From an uncultured Alphaproteobacteria bacterium (lineage in GTDB: Bacteria > Pseudomonadota > Alphaproteobacteria > ATCC43930 > CGMCC-115725), in assembly GCA_963845735.1 (NCBI GenBank), contig CAWJTR010000001.1, positions 241,919 through 305,918 on the forward strand: 64,000 bases of DNA, read 5' to 3'. The position numbers and the translations under genes were made by a program. The notes below the pieces were generated by a model. The model did not search any database, had not been told where the DNA came from, and saw only the letters and a program-made list of their open reading frames with translations. The stretch's first letter is position 1; each line of letters starts with the position of its first letter. Of the stretch, positions 42,951-51,416 are shown one piece after another.

Positions 42951-43907
42951 CTAATTCCTGGCGCCGACGTAACGTTTGGGCAGCATCGCGTGGATGCCTT
43001 TGTTGCCGTCCACCAGTTGGGTCACCCGCATGTCGACGGCGAGGCTGCAGAACATGTAGGCGTCCTCGCGGCCGAGGCCCATGCGCTCACCGATCAAGAT
43101 GATCATCTGGCGCAATGCGGTTTTGGCGGCATCGTCGAGGTCTTCGTCAAACCCCATCGTGATCAGATGCGTCGGCGTTTCCGCGCGGGGAAGATCGATC
43201 TTCATGTCCTTGCGCAGGGTCAGCCGGAAGGTGCCGGTCAGTGCGGTTTCGAGCGCGGTCACGCACACTTCGCCATCGCCCTGCACGCCGTGGCCGTCGC
43301 CGGCCGAGAACAAGGCGCCCGGCGTCCATACCGGCAGATGCAAGGTGGTACCGGCGGTCAATTCCTTCAGATCCATATTGCCGCCGAACTCGCGCGGCAC
43401 GATCGAGGTCACCGCGCCGTAAGTCGGCGGCGGCGCCACCCCCATCACTCCAAAGAACGGAGCGAGCTCGATCTCGGCGCCCCACGGCACGGTGGCGATG
43501 CCGCGCTGGCGGTCGATCGCGGTGTGCCAGGTCCGGCGCACCGGGAAATCCTCCGGCAATGTGCCCGATAACGGTCGGATGCGGGTGTAGCCCCAATTCT
43601 GTCGGGGATCGATCGATAGGATCTCGATCGCCAGGGTGTCGCCGGGCTCCGCGCCCGCGACCGCGATCGGCCCGGTCAGGATGTGCGCGCCGAGCTTCGG
43701 CTCCAGTCCGCGATGGATCGCGAGGTGATCGGGGAGAATGTCAAACCGGCCATCTGGCGGCAGCACGTCGGGGCCGCCCGAGACGGCGTCGACGGTCACG
43801 GTGTCGCCCGAGGCAACATTCAGCACCGGCTTCAGCCCGGCGTCGAAATACCCCCAGTGGCAGGTCTCGGGGCTGGCCCGCAAGACATGATGCTGCGACA
43901 TCGGCAA
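42951..43907 (-). CDS. Acetamidase/formamidase family protein
   Basis: FmdA/AmdA-like sequence (SGDTVTVDAVSGG, GNMDLKELTAGTTLHLPV), 318 aa. Confidence 0.8.
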   Translation of the reverse strand: MPMSQHHVLRASPETCHWGYFDAGLKPVLNVASGDTVTVDAVSGGPDVLPPDGRFDILPDHLAIHRGLEPKLGAHILTGPIAVAGAEPGDTLAIEILSIDPRQNWGYTRIRPLSGTLPEDFPVRRTWHTAIDRQRGIATVPWGAEIELAPFFGVMGVAPPPTYGAVTSIVPREFGGNMDLKELTAGTTLHLPVWTPGALFSAGDGHGVQGDGEVCVTALETALTGTFRLTLRKDMKIDLPRAETPTHLITMGFDEDLDDAAKTALRQMIILIGERMGLGREDAYMFCSLAVDMRVTQLVDGNKGIHAMLPKRYVGARN

Positions 43908-44068
43908 TCTCCCTGCGCTGATCGATCCGCGATCTTAAATGCAGCAGCTCCTGCTGTGCAGGCTTTTCGCTGTATCGCGTCGCCGGTTTCGTCATCCCTG
44001 GCGCAGGCCGGGACCTAGGGCAGAAGGGATGCCGGCCTACAGCGGCATGACAAGGGGGAGGGGCCGCG

Positions 44069-44796
44069 CTACTCGCGCCGGAAGGTGACCACCAGCACGT
44101 CGCGATAGGCCGGGAGCAGCGGATCGAGCGGCACGACCGCGGTGACGCCGTGAAAAACCCGGCTGTCGTCGACCAATGCCGAGTTCGAGCGGCTGGGTCA
44201 AGGTGAAGCTGCCGAGCGGTCGCTTTGCCGGGTCGTAGATCGTGGTCTTGCCGCTGGCTATGTTCTCGCGCCTGATCATCAGCACCAGCACCCAATCGAC
44301 CCCGTCGCGGTGCATACCCTCCGGGGTCGGGTGGCCCTTTTGCCCGACTTGCGCTTCGATGCGGAACTGGTGCAGTTCGACATGCCAGGCCTCGGGCCGG
44401 ACCGCTGCCGGGGTCATTCGATCGAACAGCTCGTGGCTGGTGCGCAAGATCGCCTTGAGCGTCGGATGATCGGCGACGGCATCGGTTACCGGTTCGAACC
44501 AACGCTCGATGCCGCCGTTCAGCGCGTTGTAATCCCTGGCTCTGATAATGCGGCTGATGCGGCTTGCGCATGATCCCCATCGGGGTCGCGCGCAAAGCGG
44601 CAAAGCGGCGGCGGCGATAGCGCCCGCCATCGGCCATATAAGTATCGACGCCGAGATCATTCCAGCTGGCGGCAAAGGATTCCCAATCGCGCAATTCGGG
44701 CTCGCCTAGCAATGCGCGCATCTGCGGCGCCCGGACAAAGGCAAAGCCGTCCTGTTCGATCGCGCCGGCAAGCTTTCCCAGCGACTCGCCCATCAC
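44069..44796 (-). pseudogene. 2OG-Fe dioxygenase family protein (PF10014-like), two +1 frame breaks (~44538, ~44177)
   Basis: RYRRRRFAALRATPMGIMRKPHQPHYQS | RDYNALNGGIERWFEPV...PTPEGMHRDGVDWVLVLMIRREN...TQPLELG | LVDDSRVFHGVTAVVPLDP...VVTFRRE across three frames. Confidence 0.8.
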
Positions 44797-44803
44797 CCCT
44801 CTC

Positions 44804-45841
44804 TCACAACACCGCTTCGGCGATCACCCGCAACGCCGCGGCGTCGGCGCCTGCCAGCACCAGCGAGCCGACCCGGTGATCCCTGGCGATCTCTTTCCAC
44901 GCCTGCAGCCGGTCGCGGACGCGCTCCTTCGGCCCGATCAGCGAGGTCTCGTCGATCAGCGCGTCGGGCACAGCCGTTTCGGCCTCCTTGCGCCGTCCGG
45001 CGAGATAATGGTCCTGGATCGTTGCCGCCGCCGCCTCGTAGCCCATGCGTTTTGCCAGATCGTTGTAGAAATTCTTCGAGCGAGCGCCCATGCCGCCGAT
45101 GTAGAGCGCGAGATTGGGCCTGATCGCGTCGCGGCAGGCCGCAATATCGTCGCCGATGCTGACGCGGATATAGGGAGCAAGATCGAAATCGGCGAGGGTT
45201 TTCCCGTTACCGGCCTTGGCTATCCCTTCGCGCACCGGCCCGGCGATCGCGTCGGCCTGTTCGGGCGACATGAAGAACGGCAAGGTTCCGTCCGCGACCT
45301 CGCCGGCCGTCCGCAGCCCCGCCGGAGCGATCGCCGCGGTGTAGATCTTCAGGCTGGGGTCGCCGTGGATGGTGCTGCGCAGCGCCTTGCCCAGCCCGGT
45401 CGAACCGGGCCCGGTGTACGGGATTTGATAGTGCTCGCCGTGATATTCGAGCGGCGCCTTGCGCTCGAGGATCTGGCGGATGATCGCGATGTATTCGCGG
45501 GTGCGGGCGAGCGGCTTGCCGAACGGCACGCCGTGCCAGCCTTCGACCACCTGCGGCCCCGACGGCCCGATGCCGCACAAAAAGCGGTTGCCCGAGAGCG
45601 CCTGCAAGGTCATCGCCGTCATCGCCGCGCAGGCAGGGGTGCGCGCCGGCATCTGCATAATGGCGGTGCCGGCCTTGATGCGTTTGGTCTGCGCCAGGAC
45701 CCAGGCGACCGGCGACACCGCGTCGGTGCCATAGGCCTCGCCGCACCATACCGCCTCGTAGCCGAGCCGTTCGGCCTCCAACACGAGATCCATATCGATC
45801 CCGGCGGTGGGCGACACCCTGAGGGTCATGGCCAGTTTCAT
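44804..45841 (-). CDS. LLM-class (luciferase-like) F420/flavin-dependent oxidoreductase
   Basis: Luciferase-like TIM-barrel sequence, 345 aa, intact. Confidence 0.8.
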   Translation of the reverse strand: MKLAMTLRVSPTAGIDMDLVLEAERLGYEAVWCGEAYGTDAVSPVAWVLAQTKRIKAGTAIMQMPARTPACAAMTAMTLQALSGNRFLCGIGPSGPQVVEGWHGVPFGKPLARTREYIAIIRQILERKAPLEYHGEHYQIPYTGPGSTGLGKALRSTIHGDPSLKIYTAAIAPAGLRTAGEVADGTLPFFMSPEQADAIAGPVREGIAKAGNGKTLADFDLAPYIRVSIGDDIAACRDAIRPNLALYIGGMGARSKNFYNDLAKRMGYEAAAATIQDHYLAGRRKEAETAVPDALIDETSLIGPKERVRDRLQAWKEIARDHRVGSLVLAGADAAALRVIAEAVL

Positions 45842-46665
45842 CGAACCTTCTCCGCGGCGTGGGCAACGCGCTCTACGGCGCGCAGCCAGTCGTCTAGCGC
45901 GCGCTCGGCGGGTTCGACCAGCACGTGGCCGACTCCAGCCTCGCTATAGCCGGCGAGCCGAGCGGTAAGCGCGCCCTCGTCCTTGCCGTCCCAGCCGTTG
46001 CGCACCGAGATCGCGAATTCCGGTTCCGGCCGCTGCGCCCGCAGCCGATGCACGATCGGCGCCGCCGCCTCGGGCGATACCCGCGAGCCATGCCAACCAT
46101 CGAGCCTCATCGCGCGCTTCAATGCGGGCTCCGAGCTGCCGCCGATCCAGATCGGGATCGGCTTGACCGGCTGCGGGAGCATGCGCATTTCCTCGATGAC
46201 CGCCGGGATGTTGCGCGCCGGGAATGTCACCGGGTCCTGGCTCCACACCGCCCGCATCATCGCGATGCCTTCGTCCATCCGCCGGCCGCGCTCGCGAAAC
46301 GGCACGCCCAGCGCGGCGAATTCGGCTTCCAGCCAGCCGACCCCGGCGCCGAGGATCAGCCGCCCCTCCGACAGGTTCTGCAACGTCGCCAATTCCTTGG
46401 CGAGCGGCAACGGATGGCGCATCGGCAATACCAGGACGCTGGTGCCGAGCCCGATCCTTTTGGTGTACGCCGCTGCCCAGGTCAGGGTCAGGACCGGATC
46501 GTAGAACAGCGCCGAAGGCGGGTAGGGCGCGTCCTTCGGCACGATGATGTGCTCGCTGGTCCAGGCGTCGGCAAAGCCCAGCTCCTCGGCCTGGATCGCC
46601 GCGCGCCGGATCGCCTCCGGCCCCGCCTTGCGCCCGATATGCGGCAGATGAATTCCGATCTTCAT
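45838..46665 (-). CDS. LLM-class F420/flavin-dependent oxidoreductase (TIGR03619-like)
   Basis: MKIGIHLPHIGRKAGPEAI...WTSEHI..., 275 aa. Overlaps the downstream LLM gene by 4 nt. Confidence 0.8.
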   Translation of the reverse strand: MKIGIHLPHIGRKAGPEAIRRAAIQAEELGFADAWTSEHIIVPKDAPYPPSALFYDPVLTLTWAAAYTKRIGLGTSVLVLPMRHPLPLAKELATLQNLSEGRLILGAGVGWLEAEFAALGVPFRERGRRMDEGIAMMRAVWSQDPVTFPARNIPAVIEEMRMLPQPVKPIPIWIGGSSEPALKRAMRLDGWHGSRVSPEAAAPIVHRLRAQRPEPEFAISVRNGWDGKDEGALTARLAGYSEAGVGHVLVEPAERALDDWLRAVERVAHAAEKVR

Positions 46666-46886
46666 TTTCCGGTTCTCCCGGAGCGACCGTTTCCGCGGTC
46701 ACCCATTTAATCGCGACGCTGGCAGCCCGTTGGTTCGGTGTGTCCTCGGCTCCCGCGATGATAGCATCAGTCCGCTCAACCTACAGCCGGGGACGGGCAG
46801 TGGGCGGCGAAAAAGGCCGTCAGCGGTGCCCTTCTTGACCTGAGTTATTTGCCGGAGCGGCCAGAAGGCCTGATAGTCTTCGGGCG

Positions 46887-47894
46887 ATGAGCGTCGCCAC
46901 CTGGATCCATGAATTCAATGCGGCCCCGGCGGGTGCATTGCCGCGCAATGTCTATCGCTATGTGCTCTCTACCAGCGCGCCGCACCAGCTGGCGCTGCTG
47001 GCGCTGACGGCTGGCGTCGCTTTGCTTGAAGTGGTCCCGCTCGAATTGCAGCGACGGATCGTCAACGATCTGGTCAAGCACCGCCCCTATTCCTGGGTCG
47101 TTGGTTTGTGCGCGGTCTACGCTGGAGTCGTCATCGTCCAAGGCAGCGCCAAGCTTGGGCTCAACATTTATCGCGGCTGGGTCGGGGAGCAGGCCAAGCG
47201 CGATTTGCGCCACCGCGTACACACCGTTGTCGAAACTCCATCCACCGCCTCGCCGGCGGCGGAAGCGCAGGGCATCGTGATCTCGATGATCGTCGCCGAG
47301 GTCGAACCGATCGGCGGCTTTGTCGGCGAGAGCGTGTCGGAGCCGCTGCTGCAGGGTGGCATCATGGCCTCGGTGCTCGCCTATCTGATCCATATCGATC
47401 CGTGGATGGCGCTCGCGGCCATCGGGCTCTTCATCCCGCAGCTGATATTTGTTCCGCTGCTGCAATCGGCGGTCAACCGGCGCACCGGCGCGCGCATCCA
47501 GGTGTTGCGCCAGCTCGGTATCGCGATGATCGACCGGGATGACGACGCCGAGGACGAACGACGAATTGACCAAGCGTTCGCGCTCGATATGGGAATCTTT
47601 AAGATAAAATTTACGATGAATTTCTTGATGAACCTTTGCAATCACCTGCAGCGCGTATCGGCCTTACTCGTCGGCGGCTGGTGGGTGTATACCAACCACC
47701 TCGAAATTGGCGGCGTGGTCGCCTTCATCTCGGGGATCGGGCGGTTGAACGATCCGTGGGGCGACCTGGTCAATTACTTCCGCGACCTCAATGTCACCCA
47801 GGTCAAATACCGCCTGCTGGCCGACGCGGTCGATCAGCTGGCCCCAGCCGGCCCCGACCGCGCTGTTGGGCCCTTGACTGCAGCGGCCGGTTGA
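46887..47894 (+). CDS. ABC-exporter-type six-transmembrane-domain protein without a nucleotide-binding domain
   Basis: ABC_membrane-like TM organisation ending ...NVTQVKYRLLADAVDQL, where an NBD would normally begin. A stop follows, and the next gene is an MFS transporter. Confidence 0.6.
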   Translation: MSVATWIHEFNAAPAGALPRNVYRYVLSTSAPHQLALLALTAGVALLEVVPLELQRRIVNDLVKHRPYSWVVGLCAVYAGVVIVQGSAKLGLNIYRGWVGEQAKRDLRHRVHTVVETPSTASPAAEAQGIVISMIVAEVEPIGGFVGESVSEPLLQGGIMASVLAYLIHIDPWMALAAIGLFIPQLIFVPLLQSAVNRRTGARIQVLRQLGIAMIDRDDDAEDERRIDQAFALDMGIFKIKFTMNFLMNLCNHLQRVSALLVGGWWVYTNHLEIGGVVAFISGIGRLNDPWGDLVNYFRDLNVTQVKYRLLADAVDQLAPAGPDRAVGPLTAAAG

Positions 47895-47975
47895 CGGCCC
47901 GGTGGTCCAGCGCCTATTCGTTCAACCAACGCGAACGAAAGGGCCGCCGGCGACGGCCGGAGAGGGGAGTAAGAA

Positions 47976-49532
47976 ATGCTTGGACAGACTTCGGACGATT
48001 TGCTGGCGTTGTTCGATACGGCACCGCTCAACCGCCGCTATTGGGTCAGCTTTGTGCTGCTCTCGGCGCTGTTCGTCCTCGAATTCTTCGATTTTCTGGT
48101 GGTTGGTTACCTGCTTGCGGTGCTCGGACCGCAATGGCACCTGACCTACGGCCAATCGGCGCTGATCCTTTACAGCGGGGGCATTGGCTCGATCCTGGGT
48201 GCGCTGGTCTTCGGCGGGTTCGCCGATATGTGGGGCCGCAAGTCTCAGATGATCATCGGCACCTTTATCTGTGCCGTTGCCGCTGGCCTGATCGGCCTCG
48301 TGCCGAGCGGGTCGTGGCAGACCTTTGCGTTCCTGCGCTTTTTTGTCGGTGTCGGCCTGACAGCGGGTGTGACACCCTCCCTGACGATCCTGGTCGAGCT
48401 GACCCCGACCCGGCGCCGCACCCTGCTGACCAGCTTCTACATCGTCTTCGCGTCGGCGGGCGGTCTGCTCGCCTCGACCACCTCGGCGGCGCTGCTCTCG
48501 GCGCTTGGGTGGCGCGGCGTCGCGATGCTCGGCGTTGCACCGGCCTTTGTCGGCATACTCATCTGGATCTTCGTGCCCGAGTCGGTGCGGTGGCTCGTGG
48601 CCAAGGGGCGATTCGCCGAAGCCCGGACCGGGGTCGCGCAACAGCTCGACCTCCCACTCCAATCGGTTCCGTTGCCGACCGTCCGGCCAGCAATCCAGCC
48701 GCGCGGGAAGCTATCGGAACTTTATCATCAGCCTCGCATGTTCTGGGAGACCGTGCTGATCTGGGGCGGCTCTTCGACGGCAGGCTACGGCGTCTATCTG
48801 TGGGGACCGACGATCGTCGCAATGGTGCTCAAGGTTCCGGTCCCGCAGGCCGCCGCGTATTTTATTTTCGTCGCCCTTGGGGGCGTCGTCGGCAAGATTT
48901 TCGTTACCTTCCTGGCGCCGCTGATGGGCCGGCGTCCGCTCGGCGTCCTTTGGGGGTTCGGCGGGGTCATCGCGCTCGCGGCCGCAGGCTACTACCACGA
49001 TGTCGTCGTCGTCGGTTTGCCGCTGATGGTGATTTTGCTGTGTGCCTCGACTTTCTTCATCGAAGGCGGTTTCTCGAACCTTGCCCCGTACACGGTCGAG
49101 AGCTATGGCGTGAACCTTGGCGCCCGTGCCTCGGGTCTAGGCCAGGCGGCGAACGGAGTCGGCAAGATCCTCGGCCCGTTGAGCTTGGCGCTGATCGCCG
49201 GCACCAGCAACATCCTGTCGCCCAAGGCAACGGCGGATGCGGTGCTGCCGGCCTACCTGTTCCTCGCCTTCTGCATGGCGCTGGTCGGATTGTCGTTTCT
49301 GATCCTGGGGGTCGAGACCCACGGCAGGGCGATGGGGGTCGGCGCCGACGCCAGATTCGACCCGGCGGCGGCCGTCGGTGCTCGGCACCGAGGCACGCTG
49401 AGGCAGCCGGCTACGGCGCGCGCGCGGCTTCGCGGCAGACGCCGACGCGGCGTGCGTTCTTGCCCCAATAAAAGAGCGGCGGCTCGCCGGCAGCGATGCC
49501 GCTGCGCAGCGCTACGGCGCGCGCCAGCATGA
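47976..49532 (+). CDS. MFS transporter (sugar-porter-like). The 3' ~130 nt are probably out of frame.
   Basis: 12 TM helices and a GRK-type loop motif (ADMWGRKS). The tail after ILGVETHGRAMG is Arg-rich nonsense and overlaps the convergent Nudix gene by 122 nt. A G5 run at ~49337 gives an alternative stop at 49399-49401. Confidence 0.8.
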   Translation: MLGQTSDDLLALFDTAPLNRRYWVSFVLLSALFVLEFFDFLVVGYLLAVLGPQWHLTYGQSALILYSGGIGSILGALVFGGFADMWGRKSQMIIGTFICAVAAGLIGLVPSGSWQTFAFLRFFVGVGLTAGVTPSLTILVELTPTRRRTLLTSFYIVFASAGGLLASTTSAALLSALGWRGVAMLGVAPAFVGILIWIFVPESVRWLVAKGRFAEARTGVAQQLDLPLQSVPLPTVRPAIQPRGKLSELYHQPRMFWETVLIWGGSSTAGYGVYLWGPTIVAMVLKVPVPQAAAYFIFVALGGVVGKIFVTFLAPLMGRRPLGVLWGFGGVIALAAAGYYHDVVVVGLPLMVILLCASTFFIEGGFSNLAPYTVESYGVNLGARASGLGQAANGVGKILGPLSLALIAGTSNILSPKATADAVLPAYLFLAFCMALVGLSFLILGVETHGRAMGVGADARFDPAAAVGARHRGTLRQPATARARLRGRRRRGVRSCPNKRAAARRQRCRCAALRRAPA

Positions 49533-50128
49533 AGCGGGTAACGTCGCGCAGCCCGTCCTCCAGATCGCCGGTGCCCAAGGGGTGCCAGCGCACGTCTTCG
49601 AGTTCCGTGCTCGCCATCGGCTCCCCAAAGACGCTTTCACCGTCCGCCAGAAAGAACCGGGTGTTGAAACGGCGGCTCGAATGCGACGGGGTGATCGCTC
49701 GACCGACATAGGTCAGCAGATCCATCGCCGCCGCGAGGCCGCGCCGGCGGTAGGCCCGCTCGATCGCGCCCTCCGCTGGCGTGCTCAAATCCGACGACGT
49801 GGCCTCGGCCGGACGGCCGACCAGGACGCCCACTTCCTCCCAGGTCTCCCGCAGCGCCGCCCTGGCCGCCCGCGCGAGCCTCGGAGCGAGCCAGCTCGGT
49901 CGCGGTCTCGACCATCCAGGGACGCCGATCCGGCGGGTCGATGGCGCCGCCGGGAAAGACATAGACGCCAGGCATGAACCGCGCGGCGAGCGGACGGCGG
50001 CCGACCAGGACTTCGAGCGTGGCGCCCGCGCCGCGCAGCAGGACCAGCGAGGCAGCGTCGCGCGGCCGCACCGCCGATTTTCGTTCTGTCGTCGACGCTC
50101 GAAATTCCTGGACCGGCGCATCGTTCAT
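49411..50128 (-). pseudogene. NUDIX hydrolase, one +1 frame break near 49888
   Basis: MNDAPVQEF...LVGRRPLAARFMPGVYVFPGGAID in ORF 49637..50245. Nudix box LRETWEEVGV and the remainder are in ORF 49411..50121. Confidence 0.8.
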
Positions 50129-50174
50129 CGCGGCACTATGCGCGAATTCGCGCCGGCGGCTCCAGCGATTGCCG

Positions 50175-50541
50175 TCACCCAGGGTTACGGCGGGCGCGCT
50201 CGATCGCGGCGATCCAGGTTTCGATCGCCCGGCGTAGCTCGCCAAAGCCGTAATGCTCGGGACGCGAATCCTCGATGACGGCGTTGCGGATCGTAACTCG
50301 ATCAGGGGAGATCGCGATCGGAATAGGCATTGCCTACCGCTGCCGGCTGCGGCGCTTCGCCGCGCTCCACCGCGCTAATCTCGGCCACCAATGCCCGGGC
50401 AGCGGCAAGATCGCCCTGCACGTCGCTTTGCAGAAAGCTCGCCAGAATTTCGCCGTGGCGGCCGCTGCCTGGACGTGCGCGGCCTTCGAGGTGTCCCGTC
50501 CGGTGCCGCCGGACGGTGATAAGTCCGGGCGGAGACATCAC
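50175..50541 (-). pseudogene. Small unknown protein (~121 aa after repairing a +1 break in a G4 run at ~50306). Candidate immunity partner of the EndoU-like gene.
   Basis: The start (GTGATG) overlaps the EndoU TGA. Sequence ...LASFLQSDVQGDLAAARALVAEISAVERGE...DL | PDRVTIRNAVIEDSRPEHYGFGELRRAIETWIAAIERARRNPG. Confidence 0.45.
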
Positions 50542-51035
50542 GGGCCGCGCAGCGGGTAGGCCGCGTCAATTCGGCCGCGTTGATACCAGCCCTCGATCGC
50601 AAAGCCGTGTCCCGAATCACCGGAAAACTCGCCATCGCCGCGCATTTGTCCGTGATGGAAGGCGGCGAGCACCGCCTCGATGACCTCGTCATCGGACATC
50701 GCGTCCGGGAAAAAGGTCGAGGAAGCCCGCTTGTCGATCCATTCACCGCTCGCCGGATCGCGCAGAGCAACACGGGCGCGATAGACGCCGTTCGCGTCCG
50801 GCGGCTGGACGATCCGCAGCACGCGAGCACTCGGCGGGTCGACCCCGTTCGGCCGGTGGTGATAGCCGACCGCCTCCCCGCGGCGGTTGATTGCGCCGGT
50901 CTGGATATGGGCAATGTTGATCGGCGGATCGGTTGCCGTCCATTGGCCCGCCGGCGCGATGTCGCGGGCAGAAAGCCCCGCCGACAGCAGAACCAGCAGT
51001 GCTGACACGAAGATCGCGTGCGAGAAGCGCTTCAT
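50538..51035 (-). CDS. Secreted EndoU-family (EndoU_bacteria-like) ribonuclease toxin-domain protein
   Basis: Sec signal peptide MKRFSHAIFVSALLVLLSAGLSA. Then AHIQTGAINRRGEAVGYHH...DANGVYRARV...KRASSTFFPDAMSDDEVIEAVLAAF...GFAIEGWYQRGRIDAAYPL matches the characteristic HIxxGEinxxGxaxGxHH...STFFP...I.sAyP pattern. Confidence 0.7.
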   Translation of the reverse strand: MKRFSHAIFVSALLVLLSAGLSARDIAPAGQWTATDPPINIAHIQTGAINRRGEAVGYHHRPNGVDPPSARVLRIVQPPDANGVYRARVALRDPASGEWIDKRASSTFFPDAMSDDEVIEAVLAAFHHGQMRGDGEFSGDSGHGFAIEGWYQRGRIDAAYPLRGP

Positions 51036-51068
51036 CGCATCCCGGTGTTGCGCGGCGAAAATGACGGA

Positions 51069-51392
51069 TCACCGCCCCGCGAACACGTCCTTTGCCACCA
51101 ATGCCGCGGTCATCGCCGCCGGCCACCCGGCGTAGAAGGCGAGATGGGTGATCAGCTCACCCAACTCCTCCTTGCTGAGCCCGTTATCGAGTGCGCGGCC
51201 GAGATGCCCGACCAGTTGCCTCTCGCGTCCGAGCGCGACCAGGGTCGCCACCGTGATCAGGCTGCGGTCGCGTTTCGACAGGCCTGGGCGCTCCCAGACA
51301 TCGCCATAGACAACCTTGTCAGCGAGATCGATCAGTTTCGGCACGATCGGCCGAACCTGTTCGCGCGCTGGTGAGGGCGGGGTTACCGGCAT
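51069..51392 (-). CDS. Carboxymuconolactone decarboxylase (AhpD-like) family protein
   Basis: YGDVWERPGLSKRDRSLITVATLVALGR...ELITHLAFYAGWP, 107 aa. Confidence 0.85.
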   Translation of the reverse strand: MPVTPPSPAREQVRPIVPKLIDLADKVVYGDVWERPGLSKRDRSLITVATLVALGRERQLVGHLGRALDNGLSKEELGELITHLAFYAGWPAAMTAALVAKDVFAGR

Positions 51393-51416
51393 GAGTTTTC
51401 TCCGTTGTAGGGCGAA

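Noticed and set aside
44485-44500. GGTTCGAACC, a tRNA T-arm-like sequence
   Set aside because: It lies inside the PF10014 dioxygenase coding sequence, and no acceptor or anticodon stems surround it. I found no tRNA-like structure in any intergenic region.
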